From Psammoneis japonica (lineage: Eukaryota), in contig QPGO01000253.1 in assembly GCA_008632985.1 (NCBI GenBank), positions 1 through 64,000 on the forward strand: 64,000 nucleotides of DNA, given 5' to 3'. The notes under the pieces were generated by a model. That model did not search any database. It was not told the origin of the DNA and saw nothing but the letters and a program-made list of their open reading frames with translations. The position numbers and the translations under genes were made by a program. Of this stretch, positions 1 through 12,600 are shown piece by piece (the stretch's first letter is position 1; each line of letters opens with the position of its first letter).

Positions 1-1569
1 TGAGGTGCAATGTGTTTTGCAGCAAATGAATGGACAATTTCGTGCCGTTCGGCTTCATCCACCACATCCAACAAGTCAAGTTTGTTGGTGAGGTCCCTGC
101 AGGAGCGGGTTGCAAATAGACTCAAAGCACTTGCCACATCCATTGTTCAACCAACATCCCCAGCTCCATCATCATTCTGGGATTCCGAAGAATTTCCGCC
201 AGGGCCGGATGATGTTGGATGCTAATTCCCCATTCTTTTGCCTTTCCATCGTGAAATTGAGAGCTGTTGTCATCACCATCACCATCACCACCACCAAACT
301 TCTTGCACTGTTGTTTGTGCTTACAATTGCTGATTGCATTCATGGCATCTTCAAACAAAAGTCTGTCAGCAAATGTGGGTGGGAGAGTTTTGTGGCGTGA
401 TGATCGTTCAGGTTTTCCAGGGTGCATTTCGACAGACCAGCTGCTGCTTCACCGTGGATTTTGAGTTTCTTGAGACATTCTCCAATGCCATCTTCTTTTC
501 TGGCAGACCAGCAAAACGTCCAGGGGAGCTCTTTAGATTGGTCAAAACGGAGACCACAGTGTGTGTCTTGTTTGGACATGACGCTGCCACGTGTGTTTGC
601 AAACCGGTCAAATTCTTGGGCTTCTTCAGTTCAAGCATCAAGCAGAGCTTCCACAGTGTTCCGGATTGCATCATTCTGAACATCATTTGATTTTGCAATC
701 ACCACATCTGCAGTTCCCCAAATGTTTTGACTGCTGTGCTCCAGGCCTGGGATTTTAACCAACAAAAGTGCCCTCTTTGGTTGCACATCCCCCCAAGAGC
801 AATTCGCTGACAACTTTTGTTTCCATGCTGCAAGCAGATCCAAGCTGGCACTCACACATCCAAGCAACCTTGCAGCTGTTTGCCAAAACCCTGCTGTGTT
901 TTCAACAACCAGGTGTTTTGCTCCAGAAGTGCCAGGAGTCTTGCAACGATCAATGGCTGAGGCATCATTTACAAAACAAGAGCTTTCCAGAGGCAAGACT
1001 TAAATTTTTTTCACATCTCAGATGCTGCCACACTCAAACAACACACAGCAACGTGCCTCATTTGCCCTCATTCAGGAGAGCAGAGCTGTTGCTCATGTTG
1101 CCCAAACTCCCAATCAATTTGCTTCCAGTTTGCTTGACCATGTTCTGCCAGGCATGCAGTGCATTCCCACCATTGCTGCTCCAACAATGTGCTGACATTC
1201 TCTAAAGTTTTGTCTGACTCAGTGATTTCTTCTTGAGCTCTCTCACAGATCTCTGTAAGTTTTCTCCATGGTTTTCATTGTTGTTGAGACAAAAAAACTA
1301 AAGCTGGACATTCAATGGACTCTCACTCAGGTCTGACTCCTTTGCATCCATCATGGCACAGGATGAGGCTGTGGGGGGCAAGGCACATGACAAACATGTT
1401 GTCAACAAGGGTTGTCATGAGTGTGCCAGCCAGCTTTTCTGGCATCATTGTGGCCCATGCTTCCAAGTCAGAACCACTCAGGCCACACTCCTCTGGAAAT
1501 GTGAGCAATGGTCATTTGAGAAACCTTTCATCAGATGTTCAGCAGCACTCAACAAATCATTTTGAGCCC

Positions 1570-2230
1570 ATGCTGGTCTCAACCATTGTCCACTCACGGC
1601 ATTCTTAAAAACCTCTCTTTGCAAGTCTTTTGCTGCCTTGTCATTTCTGGCACAGTGCTTGTCATTCCAAGCTCCTGGTTCTCACTGTGGTCCACATGCA
1701 AAATCTCTTTTCCACTGCCACACATGACAAGAGGACACACTGTTGACAGACAACCTTTTTTCCCTCCACACGTTGAGTTGCAGTGCACAGGAGAGCCATC
1801 CCACCAATGTGCACCATGTCAACAGAGCCACAGCAACCCACAAAACCAACCTTGGCATGCCCCTGCTTGATGGCTTCAATGGCTTCATCATCACAAAGCA
1901 TTTTTATGAGTGCATCTTTGACAGATGCCATTTTTGCACAGCAATCTTCAAATCTGTTTGCACTTGTTCTCACTGATGCCAGTGCTCAAATGACAAACCA
2001 GGTGAGCCACACTCTGGCTCATGTGGCACAAAGCTCCCAACAGCAGCAACTCAAGGTTGCAAACAGGTTGGTTGCAGCAGCCCATGTGCTGTGTCCCTTC
2101 CTGCCACTCCCCCAACCTTGGCTTGCAACAAAGTTTTGCATGTCTTCAAACAACTCAAAAGGAACTTGAAAAGCATGCCAGAACTCCTTGCAAAGCTTTT
2201 GATTTGCAGGGCTGGTCAAGTCACAAAGGT
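1570..2230 (-). pseudogene. Degenerate PIF/Harbinger-type DDE transposase fragment
   Basis: Motifs spread over several frames: KEFWHAFQVPFELF (FRrRFRvP), GFVGCCGSVDMVHI (GFPGCxGSxD first Asp), GKKGCLSTV...KEILHV, and VDNG near 1590. Confidence 0.6.
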
Positions 2231-5200
2231 TGGGTTGTTTCAACAAAAGACATGTTCTTCTCTTTGTCATTGAATCCAAACACACAATTGTCACAACATC
2301 CAGTCCCTGCAAATGCCAGCTCTGACAACAAATCCCTCCAGTCATCAGCCAGCCAAGGCATGTCATCTTCAAACAACTCACACTGGGTGCAAGGTGCCTC
2401 TTCTGCATGCAAGACAAAACTGGGCAGGAGTGCCTTTTCATGATTTGCAGATGATGGGTTCTCCTGCATGCTGCTGAGTGCACACTCCTTGAGCAGCAAC
2501 TGTGCTGAGGGGATGACATTCATTGTGAGATGCAAGTGTGATGTCACTTTCTTTGGCAGCAAATGAGCTGGTGAGCTGGACATGTGGATGACACAATGAC
2601 AATGAAATGATGGCAAAATGAGAAAAAAAAACAATGCAATCTGATTGGTCAAACCAAACATGAAAAAAATTCCACACTCTTGAGAGCCGTGCAAGGAAAG
2701 GGCCTTTTTCCATTTTTGAGAGACAAAAACAGTTTTTTTTGTGTGTTGTCACCCCGTGAGTGCATTTCTGTGTGGGAAACATGGCCAGTGAGGTTTGAAA
2801 AAACACAGAAATTTTTGCTTTGAATTTTTGTTTCTGTGTTTTGTGTCACAACAAGGTCCAGCCTGAGCAGCAGTGCTGGCACAGATGCAACACACCACAC
2901 ATTTTTGAGAGACACCCATGACCAAAACTTGCTTTTTTTGTGCTGCCACTTGCACTTTTGCACATCACTCACACAACACTTTAAGGCATTGACAATGGGA
3001 GTTGGCAACCTCTGGATCAAAGCCTTTGGAGACATCAACAAAGCACAATCTGTGTCATTTGCTGAGGCCAGTGGGAAAAAAGTGGGGTCACAATGCACTG
3101 GCATGGCTTCACAAAACATGCCACAAAGATGCCACACCATGCAGGCAGCACCTCCTGTTGCAGCCACCACACCTGCCAAAAAGGCTGTTGACAGTCAGCT
3201 GAGGTGACTCCTGTGCATGTCTTTGATGGTGCCGCAAGGCATGCAATGAAGAGTGCAGCAAAGACTGCACAAAACAACAAGATGGGGAAAGCAGAGGCTT
3301 GGATGGACAAGTGCACACAGAAAGGCAGAGCATGGCAGGTGACCTCATTTCTGAAGTTGATCAACACCAGTCATTGCAAAGAGCAAGAGATTTGCACAAT
3401 TCTGCCCCAGATGTCATTGCTTGCGTGGCAAAAGAGTGGGTGGTTGGCAACCCAGTCTTCTTTGAATGTGCTCCTTTTAAGGCTGAACACCAACCAGCCA
3501 AAATGGAGGCAGACGGTTCTTGCGCTGATGGCACAATGACTGAGGATGGTGATCCCATCACTCTGGGAGCAAAGGTTGTTTGCTTTAAGACAGGAGCAAC
3601 ATTTCTTGCAAAATGGAAAGTGCAACTCATTGCCTGCCCACTGTCTCATTGCTGCTTGTGACTTCAAATGCTGGGTGTTGACAGCAAATCTTCTTGGCTC
3701 AGACTGCAGCCAATGGATGGAGAACACAGGACATTCAAAAATCTTTCAAGAATGTCCTTTCCAGGCTTGCAGGTGCAGATTGGTTTGGAGAAGCTGCAGC
3801 AAGAGTTAATTGCTGAAATGTAAAATTCGTGAATTGCAGGTTTATTTGCAAAGGCAAATGGCTTGAATTTTTCCCCAATGAGCGCTTGTGCAAGGTCTCT
3901 GTGTGCCACATTTTCACTTCAGACAAGCAAGTGTTGTGGCTCTGACAACCACAGGTCTTTGGTTGACATGAACAACAAACCAGTCAGATTGTTGTCATTG
4001 CAAAGAGCTGTGTGAAGTTTTGTTTGTGAGGAAATGCAGTGCAATTGTCCAAAAAAAGGGCATTTTTGTTGAAGTCTTGTGGTGTGTTGGCATGAGTTGC
4101 CATCATGAGAAGGCAGTTTCCTTTGAGAATGATGGCACAGAAAGAATGCTGGCACTTTGAATTGCACCAGAAGATGTTGCATGCATTGCAAAAAGATGAA
4201 CTTGGAGGGTGACAAGGGTCGTGTCTTGACTTCTTGCCATGCAGCAATTGTGCAGGGATTTGGAATTTGTTGCAAATTTTGTCATGTTGTAAATTTTTCC
4301 CAGCAGGCTGATGGAGAACTGTGACAAGGCAGCAGCACCAATTTTGTGCACACTCCACCCTCTCAGTTGAAAACCACAATGACCACATTCTTGTGCTCCA
4401 TTCTCACTTGTCACTTTTTTGCATCAGGTCCCACACTGCCAACATTGCCTCTTGGCCAACCCTGTTGCAAGTGAGCAGACAACCAACTGTCCTTGACAAA
4501 CAAAAAAGGAACAAAGAGGTGGATGACCCAGCTAAAATGATGCAGCAGGTCTCAATTAAAAATGATGAAGAAAGTGCACTGGAAGTGATGGAGCTCATGG
4601 TGGACATTGCTGTGAGCATCACAGATGACTCAACCACAGGCATTGCCTCCAAAGACCCAGCCACAAAGAGTGCTGCAGAAAAAAACAGCAGCAAACAGTT
4701 GAAAGTTTGGGTTCACCAGTGAACAAAAATGAATGGTTGCAAACACCAAGGTTTGCAACTCCACTTGTTTTCTTGCTGTGCTGCAGCCACCATGTGACAC
4801 AGTCATTGATGCATCCATTTTGTGCTTTGCACACTCATGACATCAACCAGCTTTTGAAACAAGCCGTGATGTTGTCTGAATGGCACAAAGAGAACAACCA
4901 GTTGCAGGATGCCCTGCATTTTTGTTTGATTCAATCAAGTGGAGTCAGCAAGACCAAGATTGTGTGCCATGCCTGCAAGGAATTAGAGAAGAAGCAAAGG
5001 TGGCGGCACCCCCTGGTGCTCCCAAGTGAAATCCAGATGGGAAATTTGTTGCCTTCAGAAGCGCACAACACAAACTGACTTTCAAGGAGTTCTTGTAAAA
5101 AACACACCCATTGGCACAATAGTCTGTCAAGGCTTTGCAAAACTGGATCAACTGGGTGGTGGCCACAACTGTTGAAAAGGAGGAAATCACAGAAACTCCC

Positions 5201-8200
5201 CAATGTGACCATGTCTTTCTTTGCTTTGGCAAAGCACAGGCTCATTTGGACTCATTAGAGGAAACAAAGCAAGTGTGCTGCTTCATGTGATTGGAGTGCC
5301 AAAGATGCCAGCTTCTACAAAAACCTCAGAGTGTTGCTTTGTGGGGGTTTAGAGTGCAAATGGGGCCATGCCTTCTTTTGCCTGCTGGCATCCCAACACA
5401 TGTTCTACAACTTTGTAGGCCCGCCAACAGCTCCTTGGATGCTGCAGCCAACCCCAAAGCCAGTGGTCTCACCAGCAGCACCAGCAACCCAACAACTTTT
5501 TTTTCTGCATTTTCTTGCTGCCAACTCCCCCCAACATGTGCTCAGATGGCAAAGACAAAGCTGCCCATCTCCATGCCACCCTTTATGAAAAAGAAACAAG
5601 TCTGTGTTTCTGCACACTGCAAAAGCAACAACGCTCATCACATCAACTTTGCCATGATGCCATTGCCCCCATTGTCCCCAATGCCTCCCAATGACCACAC
5701 CTTTCTGCCAGCATTGTTGCCACTGCACCCATTGCACACCGCAGTGCCACCACTCCAGCTGTCATGCCCCATGCACAGGAGACCACCAGTGACCCAGAAG
5801 ACACCAACTTTTTTTCTTGAGGCACAGTGGCTGTTGTGCACAGTGGCTGATCTGCACTCCAGCCATTGCACAAAGATTGCTGCACACACAGCTCTGATGC
5901 AGCAATTTTGAAGAGAACAAATTGGGCCTGTTGAGTTTGATGCCCGCTGAGGTTGCCACTCTGATGGACACCAGCATGAGAGGTCACCACTCCTCTCTGA
6001 TGGGTGTCCGCATGGTTCAAGAGGCTTGTCAACAGCCAGATTCCTGGGGTGCTGTCCCATGAACTTGGAGAAGATCTCCTGCAGTCTGATTTCTGCTGTG
6101 CTGTGCACACATCCTCTGAATGGCTGCAGGCTGTCCTGACGTGGTGATGTTGAGTCTGTTGAAGCACACCAACCACTTCAAAGCTGCATTTTCACCCACC
6201 ACTCCACAGAGTCTTCTGTGTGTCATGGCAGCGGCATGTGAAATCCCACTGCAACATGATGGTGCGCCTGCACTGGTGATGGCTCCCAGATGGCACCAGT
6301 CAGGGCCAGATTCAGTGCACAAAGAACATGCCATGTGCTTCCAATGGAGTGGCTGTGCAGATTTTAGCTTGATTTGTCAGAGCTCTGCCACATGGTGTTG
6401 TTCATCTGACTGAACATGGCATTAAAGAGGACAATTGTTTGTGGCTTTTTCACATTGGCCAAGTTGGCATCATTGTGCCAACTGTCTTGGCCTGACTTTT
6501 GAGTGTGGGCCTGTGCTCCACTGGGACTGTCACCATGCATGCATCAAATTCAGTGATGGTTGGATTTGTGGTCCTGCTTTGCAGTCAGCAAAGGAGGGGC
6601 CAAGGGGCTGCTCAATGTGTGTGCTCTTGTTGTGTTTCATCCTTTGGTGCATTCCTCCATGGTGCCCTCTGGCTGCATTTCTGGAGTCAAAGAATCTGGT
6701 CATTTTGGCTGATGAACCAATTTCACTTCATGGCACTCATCCACACCTTTGAGGGTTTGGCAAGTCCCCCCCTGCACAGAAGCAGCTGCTGCATTGACAG
6801 AATGCCCAAAGTCAGAGGACAAGAGAGGAGGCTCCTGCACTGAAGGAAGACTTGAGCCCTTTGCAAGCATTTGCCCATGTCTGGCTTGTCCTCATCAGTG
6901 CTGCAGGCCCTCTCAAAATTGCACTCCACCCAACATGCTTGATCTTGACCAGCCACACCTGGAGCCATGATGAGTTGCAGGGCCAGAGTCTGGCTTTCCC
7001 AGCAACCTGCCAAGCAGGATGATGAGCCTGTTTCTGTCTGCAGGTGCAACCCAGCAGGACTTTTTCTTCCTGTTCCACAGCAGCACCATTGACATGCCAG
7101 AGCTCCTTGTCTGTCTTGTTTAATTTGCACGGCACACTCCAGCTGCCCTCAAAAGCACTGCCCTTCTGTCTGGTTTAGATGAAGCATCAGGGTGTCCATG
7201 CAGCCAGCTCATGATGCCTTCCTTTGCATCATCTTGAGGCAGGCAAGTTGGCTGTGATGTGGCTCATTTGCTGGTCACCACAGCTGCTTTTCCTTTCTTG
7301 CCTTGTTCATGACATCAGCCAACTCTGCCTTGTTCACACAAAGCTTGCAGCAGCACTTCTCCTTGACCTCTTTCAACACCACTGCATCAGCTTCAAAAAG
7401 CTGTTTGTGTTCTGGCTGTTTGTCACATGCATGCAAAATGATCTGCACTTCTGAGAGCTGTTGTTTGCTCCAGCAGCTGAGCTGATCTTTCTCAAAAAGA
7501 CTCCTTTCCATCCATTTGTGGTGTGTTTTTGACTGTCTTCAGCTCTCTCAACTTTCCTGCCAACTGAGCTCCACCAGTGGGAGAGGTGCACATCTGAGCA
7601 TGCTTGACTGGCTTAGATCTGACCAGAGTGTTGTGGTGAGTTTGTGGTTGTTGGCAGAGCTTTGTGCTTGTGGCTGCCATTGCTGTTGCTGCATTTGACA
7701 AGTCATGGAAAATGCCAAATGTCAAATGCTCATGTTTGAGAGCACTCAAGAATTGTGCCCAGGTTCTTCATGTTAGATTCTCTCTGTCAGATGCAGAGCA
7801 CAACATTTTTCACCAATGACAACACAATCAAGAATGGATGATGCACTTGTGTTGATTGCCACACACAACACATGTTGGTGTCTGCACACAAATGTTGAGC
7901 TTGCTGCCAACAACAAAAGTTGATGTTTGGCAAAAAAAGGGTGGGGTTCTGCTCCCCTGAGCAGTTGCTTTTTTTTGTTGTGTGGCAGCCACACGTTTGC
8001 AGACACCAGCACACTGCCACCACATCATGGATTTCTCCAGCAATCTCTCCATTGTTCACACTTGGGCATTTTTGGCAAAGTTGAGATTTGTCTCAGATGT
8101 TCCCACTGCATCTGCTTGGTGAGAGCTCACCCAATCCATTTTGCCTTTGTGCTCATCATTGTGTGCAAGCGAAGCTGGCAAGCCACTCATGTTGTGAAAT

Positions 8201-9699
8201 GCTGCTTGTGCAAAACTGCAATGTTGCAAAGCAACAGAGTCCCTCTGTCTCTCTTGTTGCCTTGTTGACTTGGATTTTCCTGATTTCCACCCTCTTTTGG
8301 TGACTGTCAACTCTGCCAAAGACAGTGGCAGCCATTTTAGAGACTGTGCCCAGCTCCCTTGGCCTGGAAATCAGGGGGGGTCTTCAGCATTGTTTGGGAC
8401 ATCAAGGCAGGCAGCAGCAGAAGCAGGGAGAGAAAACAAAGACTTGCTTTTGTGAGGATGGCATGAGCATGGTCAAGAAACTGCACACACAGAAGCAAGA
8501 AGCCAACTCAGTGCAGCCTTGCAGCTTTGGTGCCAGGTGGCAGTTCAAGAGTGCACATCATCATGTGTGCCTGGCCGCTGCTCTTGCAAGGCACCAAGAG
8601 CAGCAGTGGTGCTGGCCAGCTCCCAACTGCAAGAGCTCAGCCTCTTGCATTGCCAACTTAGAGCACTTTGTGGCAGAGTTGAAAATCAAAATGCTTTGGT
8701 CAATGTGCGCAGCATGGTGGCAGGAAGAAAGTGGGCAAGACAAGCCACTTAAAGTGGGCGAGACAAGCTGAGACAGTGGGGCAAGCAACAGCTGACAACG
8801 GCAATCCTTTGTGCTCAGAATGCCTTCACTTCACATTTTCTGTGTTGTGTTGCTGCCATCTTCTGCCAGAGTCTTGCTTTTTCATTTCAAGACTCCTTCA
8901 ATTTCTTGCAGGTGGACAAAGCAGTCTTGACAGAGTCATTGTCATCTTGTTGATGCTCAAACTTCAGCTCCAGGTTTTTGACATTGAGCCAGAACTGCAT
9001 TGATTTGTTCATGGCTTTGGCACATTGGGCATCATTGTCCCTCTTCCACAATGGCCTGACCAAGCTGATGTCATCTGCCCAAGATGTGGTTGTCACTGCT
9101 TCCTTTGCCAGTGTTTTCTTTGCAGCAGGTGCCTTGGACTTTGTCTGCTTTGGCTTGCAATCTGGTTGGTCTTGTTTTTGATTTTCTTTTTCAAGGATTC
9201 TCACTTTTTTGGCACTTCCTTCTTGGAGTCTTGTTTGTCTTTCCAGTTGTCATCAACACCCCAGGGTTGTCTTCCACAGTTTCTTTCATTTTTTGCTTTG
9301 TCAGGAAGAAGTGGCTCCAGCACCTGGGTTGAAGATTGAATCTTGATGGGCCGCAATGCTGTTGGCAGTGAGCCAGTTGGCAGACTTTGTGCCCAGCATG
9401 TGTGTGCACTCTGGGGTCAAGTCATTCACAACAACTTGCATGACTTTGATGCAGCTCTTTTTCTGAAAAGCCATGAAGCTTGGCCATGCCACCACTCCAC
9501 CCAATGCTGATGTGACACAGCAGCTGAGCAAGACTTGGTTTGATTCGGGGTTTTCAACTCTGTTTTTGTGAGAAGATGATGCAGAGTGATGGGACATGTG
9601 CCTTCTTGTTCAAGAAAGTGGTCAAGTTTTGCCACAAAGCTGCACTCTGTTCTGCCAATCACATGACTGCAGCAGAAGCACTGATGCTGGTGAAGCTCA

Positions 9700-12600
9700 T
9701 CCACACCCTTGCAACTCAAGCATCACCCAGGGCACTCGGCACAGTGGAGGATGAGTGGTGTTAAATGCAGCATGCTTGCAAACCAAGAATTGTCTTCTTT
9801 GCACTGATGTGCCACAGCTTCTCTCTGTTGAAGCTGAGCTTGACAATTGCAATGGACTTCCATGATGGTGTGAAGGGCTTCAGGACTCTTGAGCAGATCT
9901 TTGCAGTCAAAAGCAGAGTGCTTTCTGGCCCAACACACTCTTTTTTGAATTCAAGTCCCGGCATGGTCTGACTCTGGCAATCAAGAGTTCATGCATTGAC
10001 AGCATTTGTGTGCTCATGAACAGCCACCCAATGCACTCCCCCGATGAGTGGGCTGGCACAGGAGAGGGTTTCTTGCAATGGCAAAGTTGTGGCCTTCAAT
10101 GTCATCAAAAGAACCCTCAGGAGTTTGGCATCACAGTTTTGTTGCTGCTTCAAAATTGTGATCCTCGCCAATTGTCAGAAGTCAAGTCTGGCAGTGGGCA
10201 GTCCACTTTTCACTCAATGGAGGGCTCGTGCAATTGATCCCCACAGCAACACACTTGGGGCCTCTCATTTTTGAGCTTTCTTTCTGGAATTTCATCTGAA
10301 GCAAACTGTGCAAAGGTTCATTCCAGTTCTGGGTCCCATGTGCCAACCACACACTTTTCCCCCCAGCACAAGTTGAGTCATTGAAAGTGCTTGACACACT
10401 TCTTTGGCAACTGCTCTGAGTGTTTTTTGATGGAGATGCCATGATGAAAGCATTGCTGCAGATGTCAGCACAAGTGACCTTGTCCTTCAAATCCTTGTGC
10501 TCTTCTTCTTCATCTGATTGTGAGTGCTGTGGTGCTTGCTGGCAAGTTGGTTTAAAGGCTTGTGGTCTGTCAAACCAGCTGATCTCAGGAAGCAAGTGTT
10601 TGTGTTGTCACAGATGATGTCCATGTTTCGAAATTGCAAGGATGTGGTTCCTTCAATTCCAAGAGCAAAGTGCAACTTGTCCACCTCATTTCTGCTCCCT
10701 GCGATGATTCAAGAATGTTCCATGGCCTTACGTCAAGCTCGGTTGGAGTGTTGCCAAGTTGCCAAGGACAGTCAGAAACACCACAATGCAGAACATGACA
10801 TGCACATTGCTGAACTGGAACTTGAAGGCACAAAAAAAAATCCAAGGCTCAGGCAAAAATTCTTCAAAATTTGTGTTGTGCTGAGGAGACAAAGCAAGTC
10901 TTCCAGAAGTTCAACGCCTGCAAGACAAAAGGGGACTCCAGTGTTAAGACAATTCAAGTCCCTGCAAATCCAATCGAGAATCCAAAGACATGTGAAAATT
11001 GGACAACAGTTGATGCCCCAGAAGATGTGGCTGCAGCCTTGCAGTCAAGGAATCAATGTCACTTTGGTCAAGCTCACGGCACTCCACCAATGGTTCCTCC
11101 CTTGTCAGTCAATCTGGGTTGCAAAGGCAACACCATCATGGCAGAGCTCATTTTAAATGGAGAGCACAAGACCAGTCAATTGAATCTTGTGACTTCTTTG
11201 CTGATCCAGCACCTTTGGTGACGCACACCACCCGCAGTGCAGAGCCATCTCTCATCTGCTGCCTTGCTCTCCAAACTAAAGACGTGGTCCAAATCTACAT
11301 CCTCCACCTTGCTGAAATCAGGTTTGCATCTTGGACACTGGAAAGCACTGTGCACTCCTCATTCTCATGCTAAAGATCAAGATGCCCAAGGCAATCCATC
11401 ATCAAAGAAGGCACACCTGGATCAAGTTCAGGAAATGTTGTTCTCGATTTGCCTCAACCTCATCAACCACACTTTGAAGTGGGGCCATTTGCATGACCGT
11501 TGGAAAGACATTGTCAACATGATGATCTTTAAAGAACCAGGCAACAACAAAATCCTCTGGCTGTGAGTCATGCATGTGTGCAAAGTGGATTTTCAAATCA
11601 TTGCAAGTGTCGAACAATTGCAAAAATTGGCTCAGCACATGGAGAAGCATCAAATGTGCAACCCTGACATTTGCAGATGCTGCTCATTCTTGTCAGCCCA
11701 GACTCCACTTTTTCTTGAGAACCTGATGTTAGAAACATCACGAGCTTCTTGCAAGACTCTTTTGATGAGTGATGACGATTGCATCTCCTGTTGCGACAGA
11801 AATGCACCAGCTGTTGTTGGACCGTGTTCCCAAAGTGATGGAATGGACTCTCACATGGCAGAAGTTAACATGGCCACCCTGCACCACGCACGGCATTGGC
11901 TTTGGACCTTGTTGGGATCAGCTCAGCAGATTTGTTCTCATTCTGACAAACAACCCCTGCATGGCACTGCTGGACAAGGAAGCGGGAATTCTCTGTGGCA
12001 TTGGAGTGCTTCACGCAGCCGCTTTTTTGACATCTTTGATGCAAGAGCCATGGGACCACACTTTGAAACCCCTGGTGGCAGGTTTGTCATCCAAGTTTAC
12101 AACCCCAGATGTGCAGACGACATGTCCAAACAGGTCAACAACTTTCAAGCAAGCCCTCAACCTTCAGCACTTGATTTGTCCTTTTCTCTCCAACAGGACA
12201 ATCAACTTTGGTGTGATTTGCTGGATGCAGCTGGGCACAAACTTGAGTTGCCCAAGCATTCATTTCACGCGGTGGAATGGGATTTTACTGAGTGTGGCAA
12301 GCCACATGTCTGCCCTCACCATGACAACCTGGACATCCAAATCTTCTTGGCAGACCAGCCCACTTCCCGGTCCAGCAAACAACTTTCGGCATGTGCTCCA
12401 CACAAAATGCTTGGACACTGCATTGCTCCAATTGGCACCCAGAAGACTCAGTTACAGAAACTCCTCACCAAGAGTGATGCTGCCGCTCTCTTCCTTTGAT
12501 CCTGTCCTTTTGATCAGACAGAAACATGGAGGCACCACCACGAGTGTTGCCTGTCATTGATGACACACATGCTTCCAAATTCAACTTTTCAACCAAAAGA

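Noticed and set aside
5638..7135. Possible RLE/CRE-type retroelement fragment
   Set aside because: Only a vague Cys/His pattern; no convincing RT or endonuclease motif.
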